A stretch of 30,949 nt of DNA. Origin: Bacillota bacterium (lineage in GTDB: Bacteria; Armatimonadota; Hebobacteria; Hebobacterales; Hebobacteraceae). The first letter of the stretch is position 1. The number at the start of each line of letters is the position of its first letter. Below, one piece after another: positions 23,639 through 30,949 of the stretch. The notes below the pieces were generated by a model that saw nothing but the letters and a program-made list of their open reading frames with translations, ran no database searches and was not told the DNA's origin. The DNA lies in the NCBI GenBank assembly GCA_030597345.1, contig JAUVSA010000001.1, positions 1 to 30,949 of the forward strand, read 5' to 3'. The position numbers and the translations under genes were made by a program.

Positions 23639-26182
23639 ATGATCCAAGCGGTGATCATGGCTGGCGGTGAAGGGGCGCGGCTGCGGCCGCTTACCTGCGA
23701 TCTTCCCAAGCCGATGGCGCCAGTGGTCAATCGTCCGATAATGCACCACATTACTAGGCTCTTGGGGCGCCTGGGAGTGGAGCAAGCGTTCGCGACCCTG
23801 CACTACCGGGCCGACGAGGTGGAGAGCTACTTCGGCACGGAGGCTCCGGGTCGGGCCGGCCGGCTGCTGCCAGACGGGTCCGAGCTCGAGCTGCAGCTCG
23901 ACTACATAGTGGAGGACGTTCCCCTGGGAACCGCAGGAAGTGTGCGGCGGCTACTGGATCGGCTGGAGGGGACGTTCCTGATCATCAGCGGAGATGCTCT
24001 GACAGACATTGACCTGCGCCCTGCGATCGAGTTTCACCGGCAGCGGGGCGCGGTCGGCACGTTGGTGCTTACGCGCGTGGCCGATCCGCTGGAGTATGGA
24101 GTGGTGATAACAGATGCGGAGGGGACCGTCCAGCGGTTCTTGGAGAAGCCGAGCGCCGGCGAGGTGTTCTCGGACACGGTCAACACCGGCATCTACATCC
24201 TGGAGCCGGAGGCGCTGGCCGGGGTAGAGCCGGGGAAACCTTTTGACTTCAGCAAGGATCTGTATCCTGCCCTCCTTGCCCAGGGAAAGCTGCTCTGCGG
24301 CTATGTCGCAGACGGGTATTGGACGGACATAGGCGACCTCGAACAATACCGTGCCGCGAACGAGGACTGCCTGCGCGGCCTGGTCTCCGTGGAGCTGCCA
24401 GGGGTGGAGGTGAGCGAAGGGATCTGGGTCGGGGAGAACACGATGGTACACCCCACAGCACGCCTGGAGCCGCCGGTCTTGATCGGCCGCGGGTGCAGTG
24501 TGGGAGCTGAGGCCCAAATAGGGCCGCTCTCGGTTGTGGGGGACCATTGCATGGTGGAAGCGGGGGCAGTGGTCGAGCATTCCGTCATCTGGCGCGGGAC
24601 CTACCTGGGGCACGGCAGCAGGATCCAGGGCGCTACCATTTGTCGGAACGTGGTGGCCAAACGGCAGGTGACGGTCCATGAAGGCGCTGTGGTGGGAGAC
24701 CGGTGTCTCTTGGATGAGGGCACCGTTGTGATGCCCCACATCCGGATGTGGCCTAACAAGGCGACCGAGCGCGGCTCCAAGGTGACGATGAGCCTCATCT
24801 GGGGCACCAAATGGCCGGGGACGCTGTTCGGGCCCAGTGGAGTCTCCGGCCTGGCGAACATTGACATCACGCCCGAGGTCGCCACCAGGCTGGGGGCGGC
24901 GTTCGGCGCCTATCTGGAAACCGGGGCACAGGTGATCACAAGCCGGGATTCGCACCACGTCTCCCGCCTGACCAAGCGAGCGATCATCGCCGGACTGATG
25001 TCGGTGGGGACCAACGCGCTTGATTTGCGGATCATGCCCGGAGCGGTGGCGCGGCACATGGCGAACATCACGGGAGCGGCCGGAGGCATCCACGTCGCGG
25101 TGTCTCCTACCGATCCAAGCCAGATTCTGGTCGAGTTCTTCGATGGAACCGGCAAGAACCTGGATCGTGGGGCCGACCGGCGGATCGAAGCGATATTCTT
25201 CCGCGAGGATTTCCGGCGCGTGCCCCTGGATGCGGTGGGCACCCTGGAGTTTCTCGGTCGGACTATGGAGTACTACACGGAGGACTTCCTGAGCTTCGTG
25301 GACGGAGAGGCGATCAGGCGATGGGGGCCGAAGCTGGCGATCGACTACAGCTATGGCCCATTGTGCCTGCTGATGCCGGCGGTGCTGGGGCGGCTGGGGT
25401 GTGAGGCCACCGCACTGAACGCCTATGTGGACCCGACGCGTGCCCAGGAAACGTGGTCTTCGCACCAGCGCCGAGCGAGCGAGATGGGGGAAGTGGTACG
25501 CGCTCTCCATGCGGATGTGGGCTTGCTCATGGGGAGCCATGGCGAGCGATTCGCCGCCCTCGATGAGAAGGGAGAGGCGCTGGTCGGCGACGATCTGCTG
25601 CTGGCGTTCATCGAACTGGTGCTGCAGGACGGCGGGTCCGGCACCCGCATTGCTGTCCCCTTCGGCGCCACCTCTGGGGTGGAAGATGTGTGCGAGCGCC
25701 ACCGCGCGGTATGTGTCCGCACCAAGTCCGACACCCGGTCTCTAATGGAGACGGCGGGGAGCGATCCGGAACTGGCCTTCGCGGGCGATACCGAGGGAGG
25801 GTTCATCTTCCCTCGATTCCTGCCGGCTTTCGATGCTATGTTGGCGCTTGGCAAGCTCCTGGAATTGCTGGCGCTGACCGGCGACAAATTGAGCGAACTG
25901 CGGGCGCGGCTCCCCCGATACTACCGGGCCGCGGCTCAAGTTGACTGCCCCTGGGAGCACAAAGGAACCCTGATGCGCCGGTTGCACGAAGAGACCCAGG
26001 GCCTCCCGGTCGAGCATCTGGACGGCATAAAGGTCCAGCTCGAAGGCGGTTGGGTGCTGGTGCTGCCGGACGTCTCTGCCCCCCTGTTCCACGTGCGCGC
26101 CGAGAGTCCGGAGCCGCTCGAGGCGGACAAGTTGGTGCAGCGCTATGTGGAGCGAATTCAGCAGCTGCAAGAAGCGCTCTAA
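23639..26182 (+). CDS. Sugar-phosphate nucleotidyltransferase (mannose-1-P guanylyltransferase-like) + left-handed beta-helix + phosphomannomutase-like domains
   Basis: AVIMAGGEGARLRPLT..LPKPM, GTAGSV, ISGDAL, FLEKP, NTGIYI, YWTDIG; hexapeptide-repeat region; LFGPSGVSG PMM-type start and C-terminal DGIK...WVLVLPD...PLFHVRAE. Confidence 0.9.
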   Translation: MIQAVIMAGGEGARLRPLTCDLPKPMAPVVNRPIMHHITRLLGRLGVEQAFATLHYRADEVESYFGTEAPGRAGRLLPDGSELELQLDYIVEDVPLGTAGSVRRLLDRLEGTFLIISGDALTDIDLRPAIEFHRQRGAVGTLVLTRVADPLEYGVVITDAEGTVQRFLEKPSAGEVFSDTVNTGIYILEPEALAGVEPGKPFDFSKDLYPALLAQGKLLCGYVADGYWTDIGDLEQYRAANEDCLRGLVSVELPGVEVSEGIWVGENTMVHPTARLEPPVLIGRGCSVGAEAQIGPLSVVGDHCMVEAGAVVEHSVIWRGTYLGHGSRIQGATICRNVVAKRQVTVHEGAVVGDRCLLDEGTVVMPHIRMWPNKATERGSKVTMSLIWGTKWPGTLFGPSGVSGLANIDITPEVATRLGAAFGAYLETGAQVITSRDSHHVSRLTKRAIIAGLMSVGTNALDLRIMPGAVARHMANITGAAGGIHVAVSPTDPSQILVEFFDGTGKNLDRGADRRIEAIFFREDFRRVPLDAVGTLEFLGRTMEYYTEDFLSFVDGEAIRRWGPKLAIDYSYGPLCLLMPAVLGRLGCEATALNAYVDPTRAQETWSSHQRRASEMGEVVRALHADVGLLMGSHGERFAALDEKGEALVGDDLLLAFIELVLQDGGSGTRIAVPFGATSGVEDVCERHRAVCVRTKSDTRSLMETAGSDPELAFAGDTEGGFIFPRFLPAFDAMLALGKLLELLALTGDKLSELRARLPRYYRAAAQVDCPWEHKGTLMRRLHEETQGLPVEHLDGIKVQLEGGWVLVLPDVSAPLFHVRAESPEPLEADKLVQRYVERIQQLQEAL

Positions 26183-26198
26183 GGGCTACACGCGGCAC

Positions 26199-26227
26199 TT
26201 GCGTTTCCGGGATGCTACCCGTAGTAT
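26199..26227 (+). promoter_or_regulatory. Possible sigma70 promoter of rtcB
   Basis: TTGCGT-17 bp-TAGTAT in the short intergenic region. Confidence 0.4.
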
Positions 26228-26271
26228 GAGACCGGCTTTGGTGGTGTCTGATCGGCCAGGAGGTGGTTCTG

Positions 26272-27732
26272 GTGGCAAGAGCGTGGTCGGGGCCTATCGA
26301 CCGTGTAGACGAATACAGGTGGCGGATTCCGCGGAAGTACAAGCCCGAGATGCGGACAGATGCAATCGTGTACGCGTCCGGGGAAATGATGCGAGCCAGC
26401 ACGACGGGAAATTCCTTGGAGCAAGTGGCGAACGTCGCCTGCTTGCCCGGAATAGTAGGCCCCTCCATGGCGATGCCGGATATCCACTATGGGTACGGCC
26501 TCCCCATCGGCGGAGTGGCGGCTACCGATGTGAAGGAGGGTGTGGTCTCGCCTGGCGGAGTGGGCTATGACATAAACTGTGGCGTGCGTCTGCTGCGGAC
26601 AACCCTCACGCGCCGGGAAGTCGAGCCGCGCATCGAGGAGATTGTGAATCGGATGTTCGTGGATGTGCCCTCAGGGGTGGGGAGCAAGGGCAAAGTGCGG
26701 ATCGACGTGCGGGAGCTGGGACGCGCGCTGGTCAAAGGGTCGGCCTGGGCGGTGGATCAAGGCATGGGGTGGCCGGATGACCCCGAACATATCGAGGATG
26801 GCGGCAAGATCGAGGGCGCAGACCCCTCGGCCCTGTCAGAGCGAGCACTTCAGCGCGGCAGACCCCAGTTGGGCACGCTCGGGGCAGGGAATCACTTCCT
26901 GGAAGTGCAGGTGGTGGACGAGATCTTCGATGAGGAGATCGGCCGCGCCCTGGGAATCACGGAGCTTGGGCAAGTTACCGTCATGATTCACACCGGCTCT
27001 CGGGGTCTCGGCTACCAGGTGTGCGACGATTCCCTCAAAGACATGCAGCGCGCGGTGCAGAAATACGGCATCGAGCTGCCGGACAGGCAGCTCGCCTGCG
27101 CTCCGGTGGAGTCACCGGAGGGCCGGAAGTATCTCAGCGCGATGGCGGCGGCGGCGAACTACGCCTGGGCGAATCGTCAGTGCATCACCCACTGGACGCG
27201 AGAGGCGTTCGAGCGAGTGTTCGACACTAGCGCCCAGAATCTCGGGATGGGGATCATCTATGACGTGGCTCATAATGTCGCCAAGCTCGAGGAGCATGAG
27301 GTAAACGGCGAGCGGAAGCGCCTTTGCGTCCACCGCAAGGGGGCGACGCGCGCCTTCGGACCCGGCAGTCCGGAGCTGCTGCCGCTGCACCAAAAGACGG
27401 GACAGCCCGTGATCGTGCCGGGAGATATGGGCACGGCATCATACCTGCTCGTGGGGACGGAGCAGGCGATGAAGGAGACCTGGGGCTCCACCTGCCACGG
27501 GGCCGGGCGAGTGATGAGCCGGCATGGAGCGATCCGGGCCGCGCGGGGGCGGGACATCAGACAGGAGTTGGCGCAGAAGGGAGTCTACGTCCGGGCCGCC
27601 AGCCCGAAGGTGCTGGCCGAAGAGATGCCGGAGGCATACAAAGACGTTGACCAGGTGGTAGAGATCTGCCACGGGGCCGGCATCTCCAAGCTGGTGGCCA
27701 GGATGCGGCCGATGGGCGTGATGAAGGGGTAG
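26272..27732 (+). CDS. rtcB: RNA-splicing/repair ligase RtcB
   Basis: MPDIHYGYGLPIGG, GGVGYDINCG, GNHFLE, HTGSRG, HNVAK, HRKGAT, STCHGAGR, EEMPEAYK; AGGAGG RBS favours GTG 26272. Confidence 0.97.
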   Translation: MARAWSGPIDRVDEYRWRIPRKYKPEMRTDAIVYASGEMMRASTTGNSLEQVANVACLPGIVGPSMAMPDIHYGYGLPIGGVAATDVKEGVVSPGGVGYDINCGVRLLRTTLTRREVEPRIEEIVNRMFVDVPSGVGSKGKVRIDVRELGRALVKGSAWAVDQGMGWPDDPEHIEDGGKIEGADPSALSERALQRGRPQLGTLGAGNHFLEVQVVDEIFDEEIGRALGITELGQVTVMIHTGSRGLGYQVCDDSLKDMQRAVQKYGIELPDRQLACAPVESPEGRKYLSAMAAAANYAWANRQCITHWTREAFERVFDTSAQNLGMGIIYDVAHNVAKLEEHEVNGERKRLCVHRKGATRAFGPGSPELLPLHQKTGQPVIVPGDMGTASYLLVGTEQAMKETWGSTCHGAGRVMSRHGAIRAARGRDIRQELAQKGVYVRAASPKVLAEEMPEAYKDVDQVVEICHGAGISKLVARMRPMGVMKG

Positions 27733-27771
27733 GGGCTCCCGGGCCAAGACAGGATGCTTCGGCCGCCGTGG

Positions 27772-27811
27772 AGAAAAGCGAGATTGCCCAATGGGCAGTC
27801 TCGCTCATGTT
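27772..27811. terminator. Strong hairpin after rtcB, possible bidirectional terminator
   Basis: AGCGAGATTGCCC (27777-89)-AAT-GGGCAGTCTCGCT (27793-805), flanked by AAAA on the left and CATGTTT on the right. Confidence 0.6.
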
Positions 27812-27886
27812 TAGCGTCTTCCACAGGACCCACCTCCCGATACTCCGCCACTATCCGGAACTGGGTCGAATCGGTGGCCCAGGGGA

Positions 27887-28012
27887 TTGTTGGTCAAAGG
27901 GTCGCTGTTGGCGGCGGCGACGGCTCTGGTGGTCATCCCCGGGGCGCGTGGAGGCGGTAGCACCAGTGGCGGCGAACTGCCTGTGGGGACTGAGCGAAGG
28001 GGGGAAGTCTGA
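27887..28012 (+). CDS. Candidate small peptide with signal-peptide-like hydrophobic N-terminus (about 41 aa)
   Basis: TTG TTG after AGGGG; MLVKGSLLAAATALVVIPGARGGGSTSGGELPVGTERRGEV*; weak RBS spacing, no independent support. Confidence 0.25.
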   Translation: MLVKGSLLAAATALVVIPGARGGGSTSGGELPVGTERRGEV

Positions 28013-28099
28013 CGGGCACGGGGCCGGATAGCGCGGTTGTGGAAGGGATCTCGTCGCCACCGGGAATCAACCCGAAGTTCGCGGCGGGGAGGTGAAGCC

Positions 28100-28705
28100 G
28101 TGTTGCTCGACGCGGCGGTGCTGACAATCATTGTCGGGTTTATCGGTGGCGGCCGTCTCGGGCGGCTGAAGAACCTGGACCTGCGGGCCCCGGCTGTATT
28201 CATCGCCGCGGCAGCCGTGCAGATTGGCATCCTCGTCCTGGGAGCGAGCGGGGTCTCGGCGGTTGCGTTGCTTGGTGGCCCGGTGCACATACTGACGTAC
28301 CTCTTGCTGCTGGTCGGCCTGTGGCTGAATCGCCACTTGTGGGGCGTGCGGATCGCCGCGCTCGGGGTGTTCCTCAACTTCCTGGTGATCGCGGCCAACG
28401 GGGGCAGCATGCCGGTGGACCGGGCGCTGGCGGAACGGGCCGGGAATACCCGCGTGGTGGCGTTGCTGGACTCGCCCAGCTACACGCACCATGAGGCCAT
28501 AACACCGCAAACGAGGCTGCGGCAGTTGGGCGATGTCGTCCCTCTGCCCATGCTCGTGCCGCGACCGCGCTTCTTCAGTCCGGGCAGTGTGGGCGATGTG
28601 TTCATCACAGTGGGCGCATGTTGGCTGATCTTCAGCGGGATGGGGGCCTTCGGGATAGGACGGCCGCGCAGCACGGCCGCCCGCGCACGGGAGAAAGCTG
28701 GCTAG
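28100..28705 (+). CDS. DUF5317 family membrane protein
   Basis: GGRLGRLKNLDLR, GVFLNFLVIAANGGSMPV, LGDVVP, SVGDVFITVG; GGAGGTG RBS before GTG 28100; several TM segments. Confidence 0.85.
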   Translation: MLLDAAVLTIIVGFIGGGRLGRLKNLDLRAPAVFIAAAAVQIGILVLGASGVSAVALLGGPVHILTYLLLLVGLWLNRHLWGVRIAALGVFLNFLVIAANGGSMPVDRALAERAGNTRVVALLDSPSYTHHEAITPQTRLRQLGDVVPLPMLVPRPRFFSPGSVGDVFITVGACWLIFSGMGAFGIGRPRSTAARAREKAG

Positions 28706-28707
28706 AA

Positions 28708-28849
28708 GCTGTTTCATAACCTCCATCTGAAGTCTGGCAGCTTGCGCTGCCTGAGGTCATGAAACAGCAGCACAAGCCGCCAGGCTCCAGCAGGCGCATT
28801 TCATGCCAGCGTCTCCAGCGGACAGCCAGGCGAGTGAGGGTTATGAAAG
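28708..28849. repeat. Two tandem inverted-repeat units with TTTCAT/ATGAAA arms
   Basis: GCTGTTTCATAACCTC (28708-23) / GAGGTCATGAAACAGC (28753-68), 15 of 16 complementary; second pair TTTCAT (28799-804) / GAGGGTTATGAAAG (28836-49). Confidence 0.6.
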
Positions 28850-28859
28850 GCGCTCTAGA

Positions 28860-30038
28860 GTGAAGCTGAAGTACGCGGAATTCGTCAAGGCGAAAGACCT
28901 GAGCTGGCTGGGCTCCTGGTGTCTCTTCCACGGCGCAGAACAGTATCTGAAGCGGGAAGGGCTGGCACGGCTCCGGTCGGCGGTTGGCGGCGCAACCGAG
29001 GCGGACAAGGAAACCCAGGGGGAGGTGAGCTGGGAGGTGCTGGCTGGGGGTGACGTGAAGGCGAGGGATCTGCTCAATCGGTGTCAGACGGGGCCGCTCT
29101 TCGGCGGCCAGCGGATCCTCGTCGTGCAGGAGGCGGAGAGGATTGATGCGGGCGAGCAGCAGGCGCTGGCCAAGGCCGTGGGGACGCTGTCGCCGGAGGT
29201 GGCGGTAGTGCTCGTGACGAGTGGGGATGGCGCCCGCGGACGAGGCCCCTCGGCCAGGGGGCGCCAGGTGCACGCGGCGCTGCGACGGGCCATTGAGGAA
29301 CAGGGCATCGTAGTTGAGTTTCAGGCCCTGAAGGTGGAAGAGGCGACCAAGTGGGCTATCGCCAGGGCCAGGGAGCTGGGGAAGAAGCTGGAGCCGGCGG
29401 CCGCGCGCAAGCTTGTCCAGCAGCGGGTGGGCACGGGCCTCGGCGCGATCGAGAGCGAGCTGGCGAAGTTGGCGTTGTTCGTCGGCGACTTGAAGATCAT
29501 CGCTAGCTCTCACGTAGAGGAGGTGTCTCCCCGGTTGGTGGAGGAGGACGTGTTTCGGCTGGTGGACGCGGTCGGGCGGAGGAGCGCTGGGCGTGCGGTC
29601 GAGATCCTGAGAGCCTTGCTGGAGGAGCGGCGAGAGGATCCAGGACGAATCCTGGGCAGGCTGGCGCATCAGATGCGGCTATTGTGGCAGACGAAGCTGC
29701 TGCTGGAAAGGGGCTGGCGCCCGGGCAGAGAGGTGGACGAGGAGACAGAGGCTCTCTTGCCGCGGGAAGAGAGGAAGAACGCCCTGGCTCAGTTCCGGCG
29801 GCTGTCCTGGCTTGCACCCCGCACTGTTGGGCTGGCGAAGACATATTCGTGGGAGCGATTGAGAAGAGCGATGGCGGCGCTGTCTGCCTGTGATATGGCG
29901 ATGAAGGGGATCGGGGGAAAGGTGGGCGAGGACGCGGTGGCGCTGGAGCTGTTGGTCGTCCAGCTCTGCGCTGACCTGGAGATGCCGCTGTGGGAGGGCG
30001 AATATGCCGCCAGAGCAGGGGCCGGAGACGGTGCCTGA
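28860..30038 (+). CDS. holA: DNA polymerase III delta subunit
   Basis: LFHGAEQYL, PLFGGQRILVVQEA, ESELAKLALFVG, EEDVFRLVDAV, ILGRLAHQMRLL, CDMAMKG...ALELLVVQL. Confidence 0.9.
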   Translation: MKLKYAEFVKAKDLSWLGSWCLFHGAEQYLKREGLARLRSAVGGATEADKETQGEVSWEVLAGGDVKARDLLNRCQTGPLFGGQRILVVQEAERIDAGEQQALAKAVGTLSPEVAVVLVTSGDGARGRGPSARGRQVHAALRRAIEEQGIVVEFQALKVEEATKWAIARARELGKKLEPAAARKLVQQRVGTGLGAIESELAKLALFVGDLKIIASSHVEEVSPRLVEEDVFRLVDAVGRRSAGRAVEILRALLEERREDPGRILGRLAHQMRLLWQTKLLLERGWRPGREVDEETEALLPREERKNALAQFRRLSWLAPRTVGLAKTYSWERLRRAMAALSACDMAMKGIGGKVGEDAVALELLVVQLCADLEMPLWEGEYAARAGAGDGA

Positions 30039-30054
30039 TGTGCCACTCCGGCCA

Positions 30055-30948
30055 ATGCGCGATCAGCGCAGACATACGGCTCTAACGAGAGACGGCGCCC
30101 GGCTCACCCGGCGGCATTTTCTGAAGCAGGCGGTGGCCGGCGCTGTGCTTGCTGCGTGCCCTCGATCCTGGGCCTCGGCCGATCCGTCGTGCGAGAGTTC
30201 GCGGGAGGAGGAAGGGATGCCACCTCAGACTGTGCTGCCCCGCTGGCGCGGGTTCAATCTGCTGGAGATGTTCTTCGTAGGGAGCGACGGGAACTGGCGG
30301 GAGGACGACTTCCGCTGGATAGCCGACTGGGGCTTCGACTTCGTGCGGCTCCCGCTGTGCTATACGTTGTGGATCGAGGACGACGATCCGCTGAAGATAG
30401 CTGAGGAGGGTCTGGCGAAGGTGGATCGGGCGGTTGAGCTGGGGCGGAAGTACGGCCTCCACGTCTGCGTGAACTTCCATCGCGGGCCGGGCTATAGTGT
30501 GAACCAGGAGCGGAAAGAACCGTATAACCTGTGGAAGGACCAGGCCGCTCTGGAGGCATTCATCCTGCACTGGACAACGTTCGCCGCACGCTACAAGGGG
30601 ATCGACGGCTCGAAGCTAAGCTTCAACCTGATCAACGAGCCATCCGCGCCGGTGGCGGAAATGACGCGGGAGGACCACGAGCGGGTGGTGCGCGCGACGG
30701 TGAAGGCGATCCGGGAGGTGGACCCGGACAGGCTGATCAGCGCGGATGGGAGCCAGTGGGCGAGCGTGGCGTGCCCGGAGCTGGGCGACCTGGGGATCGC
30801 GCAGAGCTGCCGCGCCTACGCGCCGGGCAAAATCAGCCACGACCAGGCCTCGTGGGCAGGGCCGGAAGCGATGAAGTGGCCGGAGCCGGTCTGGCCCGGT
30901 GTGGAGGAATGGGGGAAGGTCTGGGACCGCAGGGCGCTGGAGGAGTTC
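30055..30948 (+). CDS. Glycoside hydrolase family 5 with Tat signal peptide; 3' end outside window (absent from ORF track)
   Basis: Hand translation: MRDQ...LTRRHFLKQAVAGAVLAA..., PRWRGFNL, WGFDFVRLP, HVCVNFHRGPG, SFNLINEP (acid/base Glu); open to the window end. Confidence 0.88.
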   Translation, partial: MRDQRRHTALTRDGARLTRRHFLKQAVAGAVLAACPRSWASADPSCESSREEEGMPPQTVLPRWRGFNLLEMFFVGSDGNWREDDFRWIADWGFDFVRLPLCYTLWIEDDDPLKIAEEGLAKVDRAVELGRKYGLHVCVNFHRGPGYSVNQERKEPYNLWKDQAALEAFILHWTTFAARYKGIDGSKLSFNLINEPSAPVAEMTREDHERVVRATVKAIREVDPDRLISADGSQWASVACPELGDLGIAQSCRAYAPGKISHDQASWAGPEAMKWPEPVWPGVEEWGKVWDRRALEEF

Positions 30949-30949
30949 T

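Noticed and set aside
23951-25702. Long antisense ORFs (also 2085-3905, 9887-11236, 1004-2101, 8104-8958 and others)
   Set aside because: They lie opposite well-supported genes, lack motifs and are the expected shadows of biased codon usage in high-GC DNA.
27937-27960. Programmed -1 frameshift at CCCC GGGG joining the small hydrophobic ORF to a GAWRR* ending
   Set aside because: Does not fit the X XXY YYZ slippery pattern in the required phase; kept only as a possible indel to check in reads.
28007-28023. Minus-strand CCCGTGCCCGTCAGAC resembling the 3' part of the c-di-AMP (ydaO) riboswitch
   Set aside because: The 5' GCTGAATCC element and the following CTAACC are missing, and the orientation is opposite to the downstream gene.
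27768-28031. 87-aa and 68-aa ORFs after rtcB from the ORF track
   Set aside because: They run through the strong post-rtcB hairpin, lack RBS and have no protein-like motifs.

Overview
High-GC bacterial chromosome segment spanning the probable replication origin. From the left it carries: the 3' part of a Wood-Ljungdahl carbonyl-branch cluster (acsB partial, acsC, acsV/RACo, a stand-alone Pta-N/DRTGG protein, acsD, acsE, DUF166); a large DUF6785-like membrane protein divergent from a stand-alone GatZ/KbaZ-family gene; a DUF2156 (aminoacyl-transferase-like) gene coupled to an M23 peptidase; a 59-aa, 64% lysine histone-H1-like gene with its own promoter, RBS and terminator; an RraA-family gene; the jag-yidC-yidD-rnpA-rpmH / dnaA-dnaN origin block with DnaA boxes and an AT-rich unwinding element; dciA, a GT4 glycosyltransferase and a nucleotidyltransferase fused to a degenerate phosphomutase; rtcB; a DUF5317 membrane protein preceded by a candidate small hydrophobic peptide; holA; and a Tat-signal GH5 hydrolase truncated by the window end. 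rpmH and the GH5 gene are absent from the supplied ORF track and were translated by hand. Gene content is suggestive of an anaerobic Armatimonadota-like (Terrabacteria) organism, but this is inference only. No tRNA, rRNA, CRISPR array or transposase was seen. All family calls are motif recognition by eye, not database searches.
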